This document shows, in pieces, positions 61,697 to 64,000 of a stretch of DNA of 64,000 bases. Position 1 is the stretch's first letter; each line of letters starts with the position of its first letter. The position numbers and the translations under genes are program-made. This DNA comes from Balamuthia mandrillaris. Lineage: Eukaryota. The DNA lies in contig JAVKOQ020000073.1 in the NCBI GenBank assembly GCA_031835245.2, positions 62,001 through 126,000 on the forward strand, read 5' to 3'. The notes below the pieces were generated by a model that worked only from the letters and a program-made list of their open reading frames with translations, was not told where the DNA came from and did no database searches.

Positions 61697-62551
61697 CTAG
61701 AGCCGTTTTCTCTTTTTGGGTGGTTCCGTTGGCGTATCTTCTGTCTCTGCTCTTCTTGCTCCCTCTTCATCTTCTCCCTGTCCTTGTTCTTCTTCTTCTT
61801 CTTCTTCGTCCGAAGAGCCGCAAGTGGAATTACCTCGATTGATGCTGCAGCTCAAGCAGATGTTCCCTTCACATCGTGAGCACTCATTCCACTCGTCCGC
61901 ATGGCAGTGCATCGCTGCGTCGCAGACCACACAATAAGGCACACAGCGCTTGCAAAAAGGCTCATCACAATATTCGCAATACAGCGTACAGTCGTTCGAC
62001 GTGCACACATCCTTTCTGCAAAAGGCGCAACGCGTGCGGTCCCATTTCTTCTCCCCCACTTCCAACACTTCGCCTTTGCCGCAATGCACACAACAAAACA
62101 CTTTGGCTTTTACAAAGCGTTCCATCAAGTCCTTCTTCTTACCAGTCTTGTCCTCCTTGCCATGTGAGTCAGCTAAAAGTTGTTCCCACTCCTTCGGTGC
62201 TTCTCGTTGCCATAAAGCCTTCCACATGCGGTCAGAGCTGCACAGGTGGTACAGGTCGCGGCAGACGAGCAACAGTCGGCCGACGGTGAGGACATCGGCG
62301 TGGTGTGACAACATTCCAAACCACACTTCGGGAGGAAGTTCAAGGGACCACCCGCCGAGGGATTGTTGGATGGGAATGCGTTGCGCCCGCTCAAGGGCTT
62401 TTGCTTCTTTTCTTAGTCTCGGCAGCTCCGTTTCTGAGCAGGAAATGCAGTAGCCTTTGCAAACTGGATTGGAATAGGCCCCGCAACCTTCGGACTTGCA
62501 GAAGATGTCAGGATCTTCATAGTCGGGGTCGTTGGTGTGGTGGTCAGACAT
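61697..62551 (-). CDS. A20-like zinc finger, F-box and CxxC-repeat protein (tandem paralog 1)
   Basis: CKSEGCGAYSNPVCKGYCISC, F-box LELPPEVWFGML...LLLVCRDLYHLCSSDRMWK, a Cys-rich region and C-terminal PPKKRKRL. Confidence 0.85.
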   Translation of the reverse strand: MSDHHTNDPDYEDPDIFCKSEGCGAYSNPVCKGYCISCSETELPRLRKEAKALERAQRIPIQQSLGGWSLELPPEVWFGMLSHHADVLTVGRLLLVCRDLYHLCSSDRMWKALWQREAPKEWEQLLADSHGKEDKTGKKKDLMERFVKAKVFCCVHCGKGEVLEVGEKKWDRTRCAFCRKDVCTSNDCTLYCEYCDEPFCKRCVPYCVVCDAAMHCHADEWNECSRCEGNICLSCSINRGNSTCGSSDEEEEEEEQGQGEDEEGARRAETEDTPTEPPKKRKRL

Positions 62552-62794
62552 GCCGGAACTTTGGTTTTGTTTCTCCACGCACAAGTTTATCTTTATTAAT
62601 TGCCCGTTTCCTTTCCTGTTCCACTTGGACACTTGCTTCAGTGCGGAGTGGCTTGGGCTTACACTTGGACAGCAGCTTCTTAAACAAACTGCAAGCAGAA
62701 TTCGTTGGTGATGCTGAACAAGGAGGAAACGTTGGCGGAATGCTCACACGAGGTTATTTTGCTTTTTTTACTTTTACTTTACATTACAGCCACT

Positions 62795-63628
62795 TTAAAA
62801 TCGTTTTCTCTTGGTGGGACGTTCCTGCGCTTTGTCTTCTTCTGCTTCCTCCTCTTCCTCCCCCTCCTCCTCCCCCTCCTCTCTTTCTGCTTGTTCTTCT
62901 TCTCCTTCTTCTTCGTCTTCTTCATTGTCCTTTTCCTCTTCAGCAGAACATTCACCACAAGTAGAATTGCCGCTGGAATAGCATGTCATACAAATATCAG
63001 CCCCACATCCGGGACAGGAAGTCCAGTCGTCCGCATGGCAGTGCATGGCTTCCCCGCAGAGCTCGCAAGTGGTTCCACACTTCTCGCAAACGGCCTCACC
63101 GCAATAGTGGCAATTAGCCACGCAGCTGCCACACACTTCCTTTCGGCAGATGTCGCAGTGCAGCACGTCGCATTCCTTCTCCAGCTGTGGCAGCACCTTG
63201 CATTTGTCACAGCTGACGCAACGGAAGACTTTGGTTTTGACAAAGTGCTTCATCAAGTCCTTCTTCGTCCGGCGAAGTTCGTCCTCTCCACGCTTGATCA
63301 GTTTCTTCCACTCGTCAGGGGCCTCCCGTTGCCACATTGCCTTCCACATGTCGAAAGAGCTGCACAGGTGGTACAAGTCGCGGCAGACGAGCAACAGCCG
63401 CCCCACGGCAATGGGATGAGCATGGCCCGAAAGCATGTTGAACCACACCTCGGGTGGAAGCTCCAGGGACCAACCATTGGGAGATTGTTGGATGGTAACG
63501 CGTTGCGCCCGTTGGCGAGCTTTTCGTTCTTGCAGCTTGGGAAGTTGCTTCTTGGCGCAGGAAGAGCAGTAGCCTTTGCAGCCTGGGTTCGGATAGAAAT
63601 AACAGCCTTGGGTCTTACAGTGCGCCAT
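62795..63628 (-). CDS. A20-like zinc finger, F-box and CxxC-repeat protein (tandem paralog 2)
   Basis: CKTQGCYFYPNPGCKGYCSSC, a near-identical F-box, a Cys-rich region and C-terminal PTKRKRF. Confidence 0.85.
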   Translation of the reverse strand: MAHCKTQGCYFYPNPGCKGYCSSCAKKQLPKLQERKARQRAQRVTIQQSPNGWSLELPPEVWFNMLSGHAHPIAVGRLLLVCRDLYHLCSSFDMWKAMWQREAPDEWKKLIKRGEDELRRTKKDLMKHFVKTKVFRCVSCDKCKVLPQLEKECDVLHCDICRKEVCGSCVANCHYCGEAVCEKCGTTCELCGEAMHCHADDWTSCPGCGADICMTCYSSGNSTCGECSAEEEKDNEEDEEEGEEEQAEREEGEEEGEEEEEAEEDKAQERPTKRKRF

Positions 63629-64000
63629 GAACAACAGGGTGCCGGTTCCTCCTTGTCTTGCAATAATAGGCTCCTAAAAAATTTTGCAACTTTCTTTAAT
63701 TTTTTGATTGGAAATTTGCAAAATTTTTCCTCGAAATAAATAAAATGCTAAGAAAAAATTTAGAATCAATTCTTTTTTTGTTCTCTATTGGTTTTATTGT
63801 TGTTGTGTTTAGACATTGAAATCCCAAATGCAAAGCTCTTGAAAACCGGCAATCTGCAACAACGGGAAGAAGTTGATGAGGAGAACCACACAGAGACAGA
63901 GAGATACCGAGAGTGAGAAAACGAGAGAAGAGAGAGAGAGTACAGAGAGTACAGAGAGATAGCGCACGAGAGAGTGTCGATAAATTGTGAGAGAGAGAGA

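Noticed and set aside
63860..64000. GA-rich repeat at the window end as a telomere-like or mobile sequence
   Set aside because: It matches the ubiquitous GA/CT microsatellites of introns and UTRs in this genome.

Overview
This is gene-dense, intron-containing eukaryotic DNA. Short GT-AG introns packed with (CT)n microsatellites, short divergent promoters and the gene content suggest a free-living amoebozoan (Acanthamoeba/Balamuthia-like); the organism call is an inference. About 25 protein-coding genes can be reconstructed. They include six F-box or F-box-like genes, cytochrome b561, methylthioribulose-1-P dehydratase, a mitochondrial carrier, HemK, a VWA protein, a CRIB-STE20 kinase/beta-propeller fusion, a giant acidic tail-anchored protein and a 2OG-Fe(II) oxygenase. 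Also present are a divergent PA28 proteasome activator, an EF-hand type II NADH dehydrogenase, a GCFC protein, a 53BP1-like tandem BRCT protein, Nup133, an isochorismatase, a BTB-SPRY protein, a C5 DNA methyltransferase and a type I membrane protein. Four observations stand out. (1) A prokaryotic restriction-modification-type C5 cytosine methyltransferase has four spliceosomal introns and an N-terminal PCNA-binding PIP box plus basic NLS-like patch, making it a candidate convergently evolved replication-coupled DNA methylase. (2) A 1078-bp non-autonomous TIR transposon sits inside the CAG 3' splice site of the VWA gene, and its 2-bp target duplication regenerates the acceptor. (3) The PA28 homolog has a degenerate activation loop and a C-terminal HbYX motif. 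(4) A CpG-containing GTCGAC element recurs at many promoters. No rRNA, tRNA or CRISPR array is supported.
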